Assembly: GCA_965369785.1 (NCBI GenBank)
Contig: CBDUTA010000001.1
Coordinates: forward strand, 4,779-68,778
DNA: 64,000 nucleotides
Origin: an uncultured bacterium
Lineage (GTDB): Bacteria > Acidobacteriota > UBA6911 > RPQK01 > JADFOI01
Direction: 5' to 3'
Shown here one piece after another: positions 48,147 to 56,764 of the stretch. Made by a program: the position numbers and the translations under genes. Below the pieces are notes generated by a model. The model worked only from the letters and a program-made list of their open reading frames with translations, was not told the origin of the DNA and did not search any database. Each line of letters opens with the position of its first letter. The first letter of the stretch is position 1.

Positions 48147-48668
48147 TTACACCGGAAGACCCACCTGGGCCAGGAGTTCGTCGGCCAGGTTACCGTAGTG
48201 TTGGTGGCACTGCCCCGAGAGCTCCACTTCGTCGAACTTGACGCGGAGACCTTCCAATTCGGCTTTCGAAAGCACACCGCGTCCCATCGGAAACAGAACG
48301 TTGTCCTCCTTCTGAATATGGCTGCGCAAAAGCTCTACATAGTTGAGGGATTCGCGGCGCAGGCCGGCCAAATCACCCCCTTTGATCAGCTCTCGCATAG
48401 ACTGGACATGGCCACGACCGATCTCGTGTTCCTCGCACATACACCCGATCGGGCCGGCCTCGCGAGGAATTCCCTTTTCTTCCAGGACGGGAAAGAGGCG
48501 CTCCTCTTCCTTTCCATGGTGACACTTGTCGGCAAAATTGGCAATGAAATCCACCGCCTGCTCGTAAAACTCAAGGGGCAGCTCTTGTTCGGCAGCAGCG
48601 CTGAGAGCTGTGAGGACCTTTTCAATGATGCGGTGCTCATCCATGAGTTCCTGGATGGGGTCTAGCAT
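48147..48668 (-). CDS. hemerythrin-like (HHE cation-binding) domain protein
   Basis: The H-HxxxE / H-xxxE patterns (MDEHRIIEKVL, CHHGKEEERLFP, CEEHEIGRGHV, LRSHIQKEDNVLFP). Confidence 0.7.
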   Translation of the reverse strand: MLDPIQELMDEHRIIEKVLTALSAAAEQELPLEFYEQAVDFIANFADKCHHGKEEERLFPVLEEKGIPREAGPIGCMCEEHEIGRGHVQSMRELIKGGDLAGLRRESLNYVELLRSHIQKEDNVLFPMGRGVLSKAELEGLRVKFDEVELSGQCHQHYGNLADELLAQVGLPV

Positions 48669-48916
48669 GGAGAATCTCCTTTCTAATGGTAAAAAGGGCA
48701 GTAATACTTGTTATTCACAGAATCTTCAGGAGCAAAACCTGTGCCAACAGAAGGTTTCCCTATCACACGCCGGTGCTTGACTGAAAAGGACGTCAATTCA
48801 CCCGTAAGTGAGCCAAATAGCCCAGTTTTCCTCGTGGATGCCATTGATTTATGGGCGCCACCTGTTGGATTTCAAATTGCAATACCAATAAATGTTATGA
48901 TCCAGGAGTGGATAAG

Positions 48917-49285
48917 ATGACTGCCGTACTGGTTGCTTTCTTGATCGTGTTCGCCCCCATGGGCGTCAATGGTGCGATCTGTCACTCCCTTATGTCTCAG
49001 CAGTCGGATCAGAACTGCCAGGGTTTGGCGAGTGAGCAGGCCTCCCCGTCTTGCGATCTGAGCCATTGCGACACTCCATGCCAGGTCACCTCACAGGAAA
49101 AACCCTTTTCTCTGCCGAAGTTCACTGAGCGGACACCCGTGAACCCAGTCACAGTCGCTCCTGCCCTCAAGACTGAGGTAGCCGAAGGTTTCTTTTCCAC
49201 CCCCTTGCTCTGGACCAAGGCAGCCAAAGAGCCCCACAAGCTTGGCGTCAAGGTCTATCTTCTGAATACCTCCTTCCTGATTTAA
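48917..49285 (+). CDS. secreted Cys/His-rich small protein of unknown function
   Basis: A signal peptide (MTAVLVAFLIVFAPMGVNGA), then ICHSLMSQQSDQNCQ...SPSCDLSHCDTPCQ. It lies immediately upstream of the cus-type operon. Confidence 0.4.
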   Translation: MTAVLVAFLIVFAPMGVNGAICHSLMSQQSDQNCQGLASEQASPSCDLSHCDTPCQVTSQEKPFSLPKFTERTPVNPVTVAPALKTEVAEGFFSTPLLWTKAAKEPHKLGVKVYLLNTSFLI

Positions 49286-49414
49286 CTCCCGGTTTTCATT
49301 TCGTGTCGACTCGATTCGGAACCAGAGGACCTCACTCGGATTTTTGAGGCCCACTGAGTCTCTGAATCTCTACAGTTGCCCGTTGTATCCAGCAAGAAAG
49401 GACGAACTTCTCGT

Positions 49415-49505
49415 GGAGTCTGACAGCTGTCAATTGTGACAGTTTACAGCGGTTCGTACCCTTCCACACAGTGTACGAATACCTGACAGTGTACGATTAC
49501 CTGGG
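49415..49505. promoter_or_regulatory. operator-like repeat array upstream of the TolC-CusB-CusA operon
   Basis: A perfect 12-bp palindrome TGACAGCTGTCA, a second TGTGACAGTTTACAG, and a tandem 18-bp-period direct repeat ACAGTGTACGAATACC / ACAGTGTACGATTACC. TGACAG occurs three times in about 70 bp. Confidence 0.4.
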
Positions 49506-49590
49506 GTGCGGTTCCTTCAGATGGGTCTCGACACACGATTCGCATCCGGGATTATAATCACAGGAGGGGGCCAAATTGGGAGGATCATCC

Positions 49591-50904
49591 ATGAAAAAAA
49601 GCAGCGGAGTCCTGGTGATGTTTCTGCAGATGTTCTTGACAGGGAGTCTCTATGCGGAACAACTCCAGACCGTTGATGACGCCGATTTCTATGCCGGGGA
49701 CCCCCATTTGCAAAGCTATATTGAGGCAGCTTTGGCGGGCAATCCGGCTCTTGCGGAAGCGTTGGCTGGCTATCGGGGTGCGTTACAGAAGGTTCCTCAA
49801 GTGACCTCTCTTCCGGATCCCATGCTGAGCTTTACCCAGTTCCTTCGCAGCGTGGAAACACGCGTGGGGCCCCAATTGAACACACTGATGCTCACTCAGA
49901 AGTTTCCCTGGTTTGGAAAGCTCGATCTCAAGGGAAAAATCGCCTTTAAGGAAGCGGCAGCACAGCATCAGGCCTACCGCGCACGGGAAAGAGACATCAT
50001 TGGCCAGGTCAAACGGGCCTTTTACAATCTGGGCTACGTGGATCGGGCAGTGGAGATCAGTCAGGAAGATCAGTTACTACTGGAGCATTACGAGGAACTG
50101 GCTCAGATTCGCTACAGCACGGGTCAAGGTCTGCAGCAGGCGGTGATCAAAATCCAGGCGGAGATCACTAAAATCATCAATCGCCTGAAAATTCTGGATC
50201 AACAGAGAGTGTCCCTGGTGGCCCGGTTGAATACCTTAATGAATCGTCCCCCGGAAGAGTCTTTACCCACGGTGGGACAACTCGTCTTGCCCCAGATGAC
50301 CTTGAATTTGGAGGAGCTTTACCATCTGGGTGAGCGAAACCGGCAAGAACTCAAAGTAGTCATGGCTCGAATCGAGAAAAGCGAACAGTCCATCGATCTG
50401 GCCAGAAAAGACTACTGGCCCAATGTGACTTTGAGTGCCGGTATGATCAATGTCGGGGGGCGGAACGACCCTGCCGGCCTCCTGCTGCCTCCCCCCGACA
50501 ATGGGAAAAATGCTTACAACTTTTCCGTAGGGATCAATATTCCCATTCGTCGAGCCAAATACAACGCGGGCGTCCTTGAGGCCACTGAAGGACTCATCGC
50601 CAACCGTAAACAATACCTCAATATCCGTAACGAGATGGAGTTCTCGATCCGGGATCAATCCATCCGCATCGAGACGCTCCAGGAACAGGTTAAGCTGTTT
50701 GAAGAGGTGTTGATTCCTCAAGCGGAAGAGGCTTTGCGCTCCACCGAGTCCGCTTATGGAACGGGCCAGCTGGGCGCATTGGACTTGCTGGACAGTGAGC
50801 GCGTGTTGCTGGAGTTGCGTCTGATCAACGCACGCTATTACGCGGACTATCTGGGGGCTCTGGCCAATTTAGAGCGGGCCATTGGAACCAAGTTTCCAAG
50901 ATGA
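49591..50904 (+). CDS. TolC-family outer-membrane efflux protein (CusC-like)
   Basis: A signal peptide and a two-repeat alpha-helical/beta-barrel OEP architecture. The start is at MKKSSG, which has a GGGAGGA Shine-Dalgarno. Confidence 0.8.
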   Translation: MKKSSGVLVMFLQMFLTGSLYAEQLQTVDDADFYAGDPHLQSYIEAALAGNPALAEALAGYRGALQKVPQVTSLPDPMLSFTQFLRSVETRVGPQLNTLMLTQKFPWFGKLDLKGKIAFKEAAAQHQAYRARERDIIGQVKRAFYNLGYVDRAVEISQEDQLLLEHYEELAQIRYSTGQGLQQAVIKIQAEITKIINRLKILDQQRVSLVARLNTLMNRPPEESLPTVGQLVLPQMTLNLEELYHLGERNRQELKVVMARIEKSEQSIDLARKDYWPNVTLSAGMINVGGRNDPAGLLLPPPDNGKNAYNFSVGINIPIRRAKYNAGVLEATEGLIANRKQYLNIRNEMEFSIRDQSIRIETLQEQVKLFEEVLIPQAEEALRSTESAYGTGQLGALDLLDSERVLLELRLINARYYADYLGALANLERAIGTKFPR

Positions 50905-50915
50905 TGAGGTGACGC

Positions 50916-52412
50916 ATGAAAAAAGCCATTTTTTTCAGTTTATTCTTTTTTCTGATTGGGGTTTCGGCAACGGCCTTTTTCTTGGTGAATCCCTTTCATT
51001 GGGAGTGGGTTCACCGCCTGCATGAAAGGGTCCTGAGTGGCGTTGAGGGTTCAGCAGGCACTGCGGGAGAGGAGAAACACCAGCTCTGGACTTGTGGCAT
51101 GCACCCCGGGGTGATTCAGGAGGAGCCGGGCAGTTGTCCCATCTGTGGGATGACCCTGGTCCCTGTGAAGGATTCGGCCAGCGGCACAACCAGCTCTTCC
51201 ATGCCCCAAGAAGAGAGAAAGATCAAATATTGGCAAGCCCCGATGGATCCCACTTTCATTTCTGAAAAACCGGGCAAGTCCCCTATGGGAATGGATTTGA
51301 TTCCCGTCTATGAAGACGAAGCCGAAGCGGTGCCCGCAGGGACCGTGCGGATCGACCCCGTCTTTGTCCAGAACATGGGAGTCCAGTCTATCGAGGTCAA
51401 ACGCACGGACATTCCTTTTATCATCCGCACCGTCGGCAGTCTGAACTACAACGAGCGCCAGATCTATTGGGTGAACACCAAATATGAGGGGTGGATCGAG
51501 AAAGCCTATGTGAACTACGTGGGCGAAGCTGTGAAAGAAGGTCAAGAACTGTTCGAGATTTACAGCCCTGCGTTGGTCACGACCCAAAAGGAATACCTGC
51601 AGGCCATTCATTACGCGGAGCGACTGGCCGGCAGTGATTATCCGGATATTGCCGAACGGGCCGGTTCTCTGGTGGAGTCGAGCCGTGAGCGTCTTCGGTA
51701 CTGGGACATCACGGACGCGCAGATTCGGGACCTGGAGAAGTCGGGTGAAATTCGGCGGACTCTCACGATGGTCTCACCGGTCTCCGGTTTAGTGGTGGGG
51801 AAGATGGATCAGGCTCTGGAGGGCATGTACCTGAAACCAGGTATGAATATTTACAAGATCGCGGATCTATCGACCATCTGGGTGGAAGCGGAAATTTTTG
51901 AAAATCAGATTCCCTGGCTGAAGGTGGGGCAAAGGGCCGTGATCGAAATCCCTTACCAGCCCGGAAAACGCTACTCGGGGACCATCCGTTATATTTACCC
52001 CTTCTTAAATAACAAAACCAGGACACTCAAGGTCTCTATCGAACTGCCCAATCCGGGACAACAGCTTAGGGCCCAGATGTATGCCAACGTCACCTTTAAT
52101 GTCCCTTCGGCCCGAGGGGTGGTGGCGGTCCCCGAAGATGCGGTCATCCACAGTGGAGAGCGCAACATCGTGGTACTGGATCAGGGAAATGGGACATTTC
52201 AGGTCACAGAGGTGATTCTAGGTGTCAATGGAGACGGTCGTTGGGAAGTGAAGGAAGGTCTGGAAGAGGGAGATCGCGTGGTGATTTCCTCGCAGTTCCT
52301 GATTGATTCAGAGAGCAACCTGAAGGAAGCTATCCGCAAGATCATTTCCGAGAGAGAGGGCACTCAGGACCCGGATGATGCCGCCTTACCCATGCCTGCC
52401 TCTCAAGATTGA
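50916..52412 (+). CDS. cusB: efflux RND periplasmic adaptor (CusB-like) with an N-terminal CxxC...CxxCGM metal-binding domain
   Basis: CGMHPGVIQEEPGSCPICGM near the N-terminus, then membrane-fusion-protein beta-barrel and lipoyl regions. Confidence 0.8.
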   Translation: MKKAIFFSLFFFLIGVSATAFFLVNPFHWEWVHRLHERVLSGVEGSAGTAGEEKHQLWTCGMHPGVIQEEPGSCPICGMTLVPVKDSASGTTSSSMPQEERKIKYWQAPMDPTFISEKPGKSPMGMDLIPVYEDEAEAVPAGTVRIDPVFVQNMGVQSIEVKRTDIPFIIRTVGSLNYNERQIYWVNTKYEGWIEKAYVNYVGEAVKEGQELFEIYSPALVTTQKEYLQAIHYAERLAGSDYPDIAERAGSLVESSRERLRYWDITDAQIRDLEKSGEIRRTLTMVSPVSGLVVGKMDQALEGMYLKPGMNIYKIADLSTIWVEAEIFENQIPWLKVGQRAVIEIPYQPGKRYSGTIRYIYPFLNNKTRTLKVSIELPNPGQQLRAQMYANVTFNVPSARGVVAVPEDAVIHSGERNIVVLDQGNGTFQVTEVILGVNGDGRWEVKEGLEEGDRVVISSQFLIDSESNLKEAIRKIISEREGTQDPDDAALPMPASQD

Positions 52413-52430
52413 TCGAACTGGACAAAAGCT

Positions 52431-55400
52431 ATGCTGGAAAAAATAATCCACTGGTCGCTTCACAACAGGTTCTTCGTGATCCTGGCTTGCGTCTTTGCCA
52501 TTTTTTGGGGCCTCTTTGCCCTGCAACAAACGCCGCTTGATGCCCTTCCCGACTTGTCCGATGTGCAGGTGATCGTCTTCACCGACTTTCCGGGGCAGTC
52601 TCCTCAGGTCGTGGAGGATCAGGTCACCTATCCCATCACCACCCAGATGTTGGCTGTACCCTACGCCAAGATCGTGCGTGGCTACTCCTTTTTTGGCTTT
52701 TCCTTCGTCTACGTCATTTTCGAGGACGGCACCGACATGTACTGGGCACGAAGTCGCGTCTTGGAGTCTTTGAACTATGTCTCGGGCCAACTACCGAACG
52801 GGGTCACGCCGGCCTTGGGTCCTGACGCGACGGGCGTGGGATGGGCCTTCATGTACGCTTTGAAGTCGGATCAGCGAAATCTGGCCGATCTGCGGAGCAT
52901 ACAGGATTGGTTTTTGAAGTATGAACTGACCTCCGTGAATGGAGTTTCTGAAGTCGCCAGTATCGGCGGCTTTGTCAATCAGTATCAGATTACGGTTGAT
53001 CCCAACAAGCTGCGTGCCTACAACATTTCCATCTCCAAAATCCGAATGGCGGTTCAGCGCAGCAACAACGATGTGGGAGGGCGGATGCTGGAGATTGCGG
53101 AAACCGAATTCATGGTCCGTGGCCTCGGTTACATCAAGAACGTTGAGGATATCAAACAGATTGCCCTCGGAGCGGACGCCAATGGGACGCCTGTTCTTCT
53201 CAAGGACATCGCCACGGTACAAAGGGGGCCCGATATCCGCCGGGGGTTGGCCGAGCTCAATGGGGAAGGGGAGGTGGTGGGAGGAATCGTGATCGTTCGA
53301 TTCGGGGCCAATGCCTACCAGGTGATTCAGGATGTGAAGGAGAAGCTGGCTCAGCTGAAACAGGGCCTACCCGAAGATGTGGAAATCATGGCCGTCTACG
53401 ACCGTTCGGCATTGATCGAGCGCTCTGTGGCCACCCTCCAGGAAAAGTTGCTTGAAGAGGGCCTCATCGTGGCCCTGGTGTGCATCCTCTTTTTGTTACA
53501 TTTTCGCTCCGCAATGGTGGCTATCACTACCCTGCCGCTAGCAATTCTGATGGCCGTTACTGTGATGTACTACCAGGGGATTAACGCCAACATTATGTCC
53601 CTGGGCGGCATTGCCATTGCCATCGGAGCCATGGTGGATGCTGCCATCATCATGATCGAAAACGCCCACAAACACCTGGAACGCGATCAGGGCAAAAAGG
53701 AGCACTGGAAGATCATCGCTGAGGCCGCCACGGAGGTGGGCCCCACGCTTTTTTACGCCTTGCTGGTCATTACCGTGTCCTTCGTTCCCGTCTTTACCCT
53801 GGAGGCCCAGGAAGGAAGGCTTTTCAAACCGCTGGCCTTCACCAAAACCTATTCCATGGCCGCGGCCTCTCTCCTGGCCATAACCATCGTACCGGTGTTG
53901 ATGGGTTACTGGATTCGCGGAAAGATTCGGCCTGAAGGGCGTAATCCCATCAGCCGGTTTTTGACCTGGATCTACGATCCGATCCTGCATCTTCTGCTGC
54001 GCTGGAAATGGTCGGTCTTGCTAACGGCGTTTCTGGTGGTCGTGATCACCTGGTTTCCTTTCTCCCAGCTCGGATCGGAGTTTATGCCACCCCTGTGGGA
54101 AGGGGATCTTCTTTATATGCCCACTACGTTACCTGGAGTTTCCGTGACCAAGGCGCGGGAAATCTTACAGCAGACCGACAAGATCATCGCCACATTCCCG
54201 GAAGTTCGTCACGTCTTCGGAAAAGTTGGGCGAGCGGATACCGCTACCGATCCAGCGCCCTTGAGCATGATCGAGTCCACTATCATGCTTAAGCCTGAAG
54301 AGGAATGGCGGCCCGGTATGACTCCCGACAAGTTGATCACCGAGATGAATCAGGCCATCCAGTTTCCTGGACTGACCAACGCCTGGACCATGCCCATTAA
54401 AACCCGCATCGACATGCTCTCCACCGGAATCAAGACCCCTGTCGGGATTAAGCTTTCCGGCACGGACCTGACAATCCTGGAAGACTTGGGAAAGGAAGTA
54501 GAAGCAGTGATACGCGAGGTTCCTGGGACGCTTTCCGTCTATGCGGAGCGCGTTATGGGAGGCAATTATCTTGATTTCCAGATCAACCGCGCGGAGATTG
54601 CCCGCTATGCCCTCACGGTGGGCGATGTACAGGACGTGATCCAGACGGCAATCGGAGGAATGAACATCACCACCACTATCGAAGGGCTGGAGCGGTACCC
54701 TGTTAACTTACGCTACAGCCGTGAACTGCGAGACAACTTACCGGCACTGCGTCAGATCCTGGTGCCCACTCCCTCCGGACAGCAGATCCCCTTAGGATAC
54801 CTGGCCGATATCAACTTCAAGAAAGGTCCTCCTGCTATCAAAACCGAAGCCTCTCGGCCCAACGCCTGGATTTACGTGGATATCTCCGGTATCGATATAG
54901 GAACCTACGTCAAGATGGCGCAAAGAGCAGTAGCCGAGCAAGTGACGGTTCCCGTCGGTTATAACATCGCCTGGAGCGGGCAGTACGAGTACATGGTGCG
55001 TGCCCAGGAACGTATGGCGTACGTGGTTCCCATGACCTTCATGATCATTTTTGTGATTATTTTTCTCAATACCAGATCGGCCTTTGAGACCCTCATTGTG
55101 TTGCTGTCAGTTCCCGCTTCACTGGTGGGAGCTTTTTGGCTGCTTTACCTGTTGGATTACAACCTGAGCATCGCCGTGTGGGTGGGATTGATCGCCCTGG
55201 CCGGGTTGGCCGCGGAAACCGGGGTGGTCATGCTGCTGTATTTGGACGTGGCTTACAAGGAAGCCGTGGAAAAGGGCCTGATGCGACACAGGAAAGACCT
55301 GGTGGATGCCATTTACCATGGTGCAGTCACCCGGCTGCGTCCCAAGATCATGACCGCCAGCGTGATCATGGGGGGCCTGATCCCCATCATGTGGAGCCAT

Positions 55401-55535
55401 GGAACCGGCGCCGATGTCATGAAGCGAATCGCTACGCCTATGGTAGGGGGGATGGTCAGCTCGGTGATTCTGGTGCTCGGCGTGTATCCAGCAATTTACT
55501 ACATCTGGAAAGGATGGAGACTCGAAGATGAATAG
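52431..55535 (+). CDS. cusA: CusA/CzcA-family heavy-metal efflux RND permease
   Basis: 1034 aa, 12 TM plus two large periplasmic loops, with HME-RND motifs (e.g. AIGAMVDAAIIMIEN). Confidence 0.9.
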   Translation: MLEKIIHWSLHNRFFVILACVFAIFWGLFALQQTPLDALPDLSDVQVIVFTDFPGQSPQVVEDQVTYPITTQMLAVPYAKIVRGYSFFGFSFVYVIFEDGTDMYWARSRVLESLNYVSGQLPNGVTPALGPDATGVGWAFMYALKSDQRNLADLRSIQDWFLKYELTSVNGVSEVASIGGFVNQYQITVDPNKLRAYNISISKIRMAVQRSNNDVGGRMLEIAETEFMVRGLGYIKNVEDIKQIALGADANGTPVLLKDIATVQRGPDIRRGLAELNGEGEVVGGIVIVRFGANAYQVIQDVKEKLAQLKQGLPEDVEIMAVYDRSALIERSVATLQEKLLEEGLIVALVCILFLLHFRSAMVAITTLPLAILMAVTVMYYQGINANIMSLGGIAIAIGAMVDAAIIMIENAHKHLERDQGKKEHWKIIAEAATEVGPTLFYALLVITVSFVPVFTLEAQEGRLFKPLAFTKTYSMAAASLLAITIVPVLMGYWIRGKIRPEGRNPISRFLTWIYDPILHLLLRWKWSVLLTAFLVVVITWFPFSQLGSEFMPPLWEGDLLYMPTTLPGVSVTKAREILQQTDKIIATFPEVRHVFGKVGRADTATDPAPLSMIESTIMLKPEEEWRPGMTPDKLITEMNQAIQFPGLTNAWTMPIKTRIDMLSTGIKTPVGIKLSGTDLTILEDLGKEVEAVIREVPGTLSVYAERVMGGNYLDFQINRAEIARYALTVGDVQDVIQTAIGGMNITTTIEGLERYPVNLRYSRELRDNLPALRQILVPTPSGQQIPLGYLADINFKKGPPAIKTEASRPNAWIYVDISGIDIGTYVKMAQRAVAEQVTVPVGYNIAWSGQYEYMVRAQERMAYVVPMTFMIIFVIIFLNTRSAFETLIVLLSVPASLVGAFWLLYLLDYNLSIAVWVGLIALAGLAAETGVVMLLYLDVAYKEAVEKGLMRHRKDLVDAIYHGAVTRLRPKIMTASVIMGGLIPIMWSHGTGADVMKRIATPMVGGMVSSVILVLGVYPAIYYIWKGWRLEDE

Positions 55536-56214
55536 ATGGATCCCAACCCTTTTTTTGCTTGTTTTCTTAAATGCCTGGGGCCAGGCCCAAACCTTGAAGG
55601 TTCGCCACGACCACAATCCCTGGGGCAAGTGTACGGGTGAAGTGATTGTCAGCGAAAACGGAATCGAATATCGAACCGAGAAGAAGAAGCACAGTCACCA
55701 GTGGAAATGGGCGGATATCCAGAGCTTCGACCGCAAATCACCCACCGCTTTCAGCCTCTTGACCTATCAAGACCAAAAGTGGGCATTGGGAGCCGATCGC
55801 TCCTTCAATTTCACCCTCCTGCCCGAGCAGGAACCCTTGAACGAGGAAACCTTTCAGTTCATTTCCCAACACCTGGGCAAGCCCATCATTGATAGAATGG
55901 GTCGCAGAATCGAAGCGGATTACCAGGTTTCGGTTAAACATCTGCACACCTTCGGTGGCTGTGAGGGGACACTCTATTTTGGAAGTCAGTGGATCGTCTA
56001 TGAGACTGAACACCCAAAAGATGCTCGGACCTGGAAGCGGGATCAGGACGTGGAAAGCGTCTGGTCACTCAATCGCTACCAGCTGGAAATCCATGTTTTC
56101 GAGGAAAATCAACGAGCTTTTGACAAAACCCGCCGCTTTCGCTTCCAGCTCAAGGAACCGCTGGATGAAAGCTACTATGAACAACTCCGGCGTGAGTTTC
56201 TTCCCGGGAGGTGA
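55528..56214 (+). CDS. secreted protein with two roughly 100-aa internal repeats (conserved H-x-H and Cys); unknown function, translationally coupled to cusA
   Basis: A signal peptide. VRHDHNPWGKCTGE...IEYRTE... repeats as VKHLHTFGGCEGT...IVYETE... Its ATG overlaps the cusA stop (ATGAATAG). Confidence 0.45.
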   Translation: MNRWIPTLFLLVFLNAWGQAQTLKVRHDHNPWGKCTGEVIVSENGIEYRTEKKKHSHQWKWADIQSFDRKSPTAFSLLTYQDQKWALGADRSFNFTLLPEQEPLNEETFQFISQHLGKPIIDRMGRRIEADYQVSVKHLHTFGGCEGTLYFGSQWIVYETEHPKDARTWKRDQDVESVWSLNRYQLEIHVFEENQRAFDKTRRFRFQLKEPLDESYYEQLRREFLPGR

Positions 56215-56217
56215 ACT

Positions 56218-56697
56218 ATGAAAATGGCTCGATATTTGGTGGTACCCGTGATTGCGGCGATTTTGATTGGAGGGGTGTACTTCCTGTTTCTTGACCAACC
56301 CATTGTTTGTGACCACTGTGGGCGCCCCCTGCACCAGGAAACACTGTACAGGATCCACCTGCGAGACGGTGAAGTGAGGCACTCCTGTTGTCCTCGCTGC
56401 GGTTTGAATTTCCAGCAAGGTCGGGACGACGTCGTGGCCGTGGAGGTGGCTGATTTCAGGACAAGCAAGCTCCTGGACGCCACTCAAGCGATTTATGTCG
56501 AGGACAGTTCGGTCAATATGTGCTATCTGGACAGCCCGGTGCACAGACACATCGAAGGAATCGAATCCACCCTGGCCTGGGATCGCTGTATGCCGGGTCT
56601 ACTGGCCTTTGAATCGCGTGAAGATGCAGAAGAATTCAGGCGTGAAAAAGGCGGTTCTATAAGGACTTACAATCAATTACTTAAGGAAATACTCTAG
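56218..56697 (+). CDS. membrane-anchored TRASH-domain (C-x2-C...C-C-x2-C) metal-binding protein with a NosL-like C-terminal region
   Basis: An N-terminal TM, then CDHCGRPLHQETLYRIHLRDGEVRHSCCPRCGLNF (the TRASH pattern). The C-terminal ...AFESREDAEEFRREKGG resembles NosL. A GGAGGTGA Shine-Dalgarno lies 4 nt after the preceding stop. Confidence 0.45.
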   Translation: MKMARYLVVPVIAAILIGGVYFLFLDQPIVCDHCGRPLHQETLYRIHLRDGEVRHSCCPRCGLNFQQGRDDVVAVEVADFRTSKLLDATQAIYVEDSSVNMCYLDSPVHRHIEGIESTLAWDRCMPGLLAFESREDAEEFRREKGGSIRTYNQLLKEIL

Positions 56698-56764
56698 ATC
56701 TATTTCCAAGAGAGTCCCAGGCCGGTAAAATTCAAGTCTACTGTCTTTACTATCCCTTACCTCT

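Noticed and set aside
53538-53990. A 150-aa minus-strand His/Gly-rich ORF inside cusA
   Set aside because: Antisense to the RND permease. The His-rich composition arises from the complement of Met/Val/Ala-rich TM codons.
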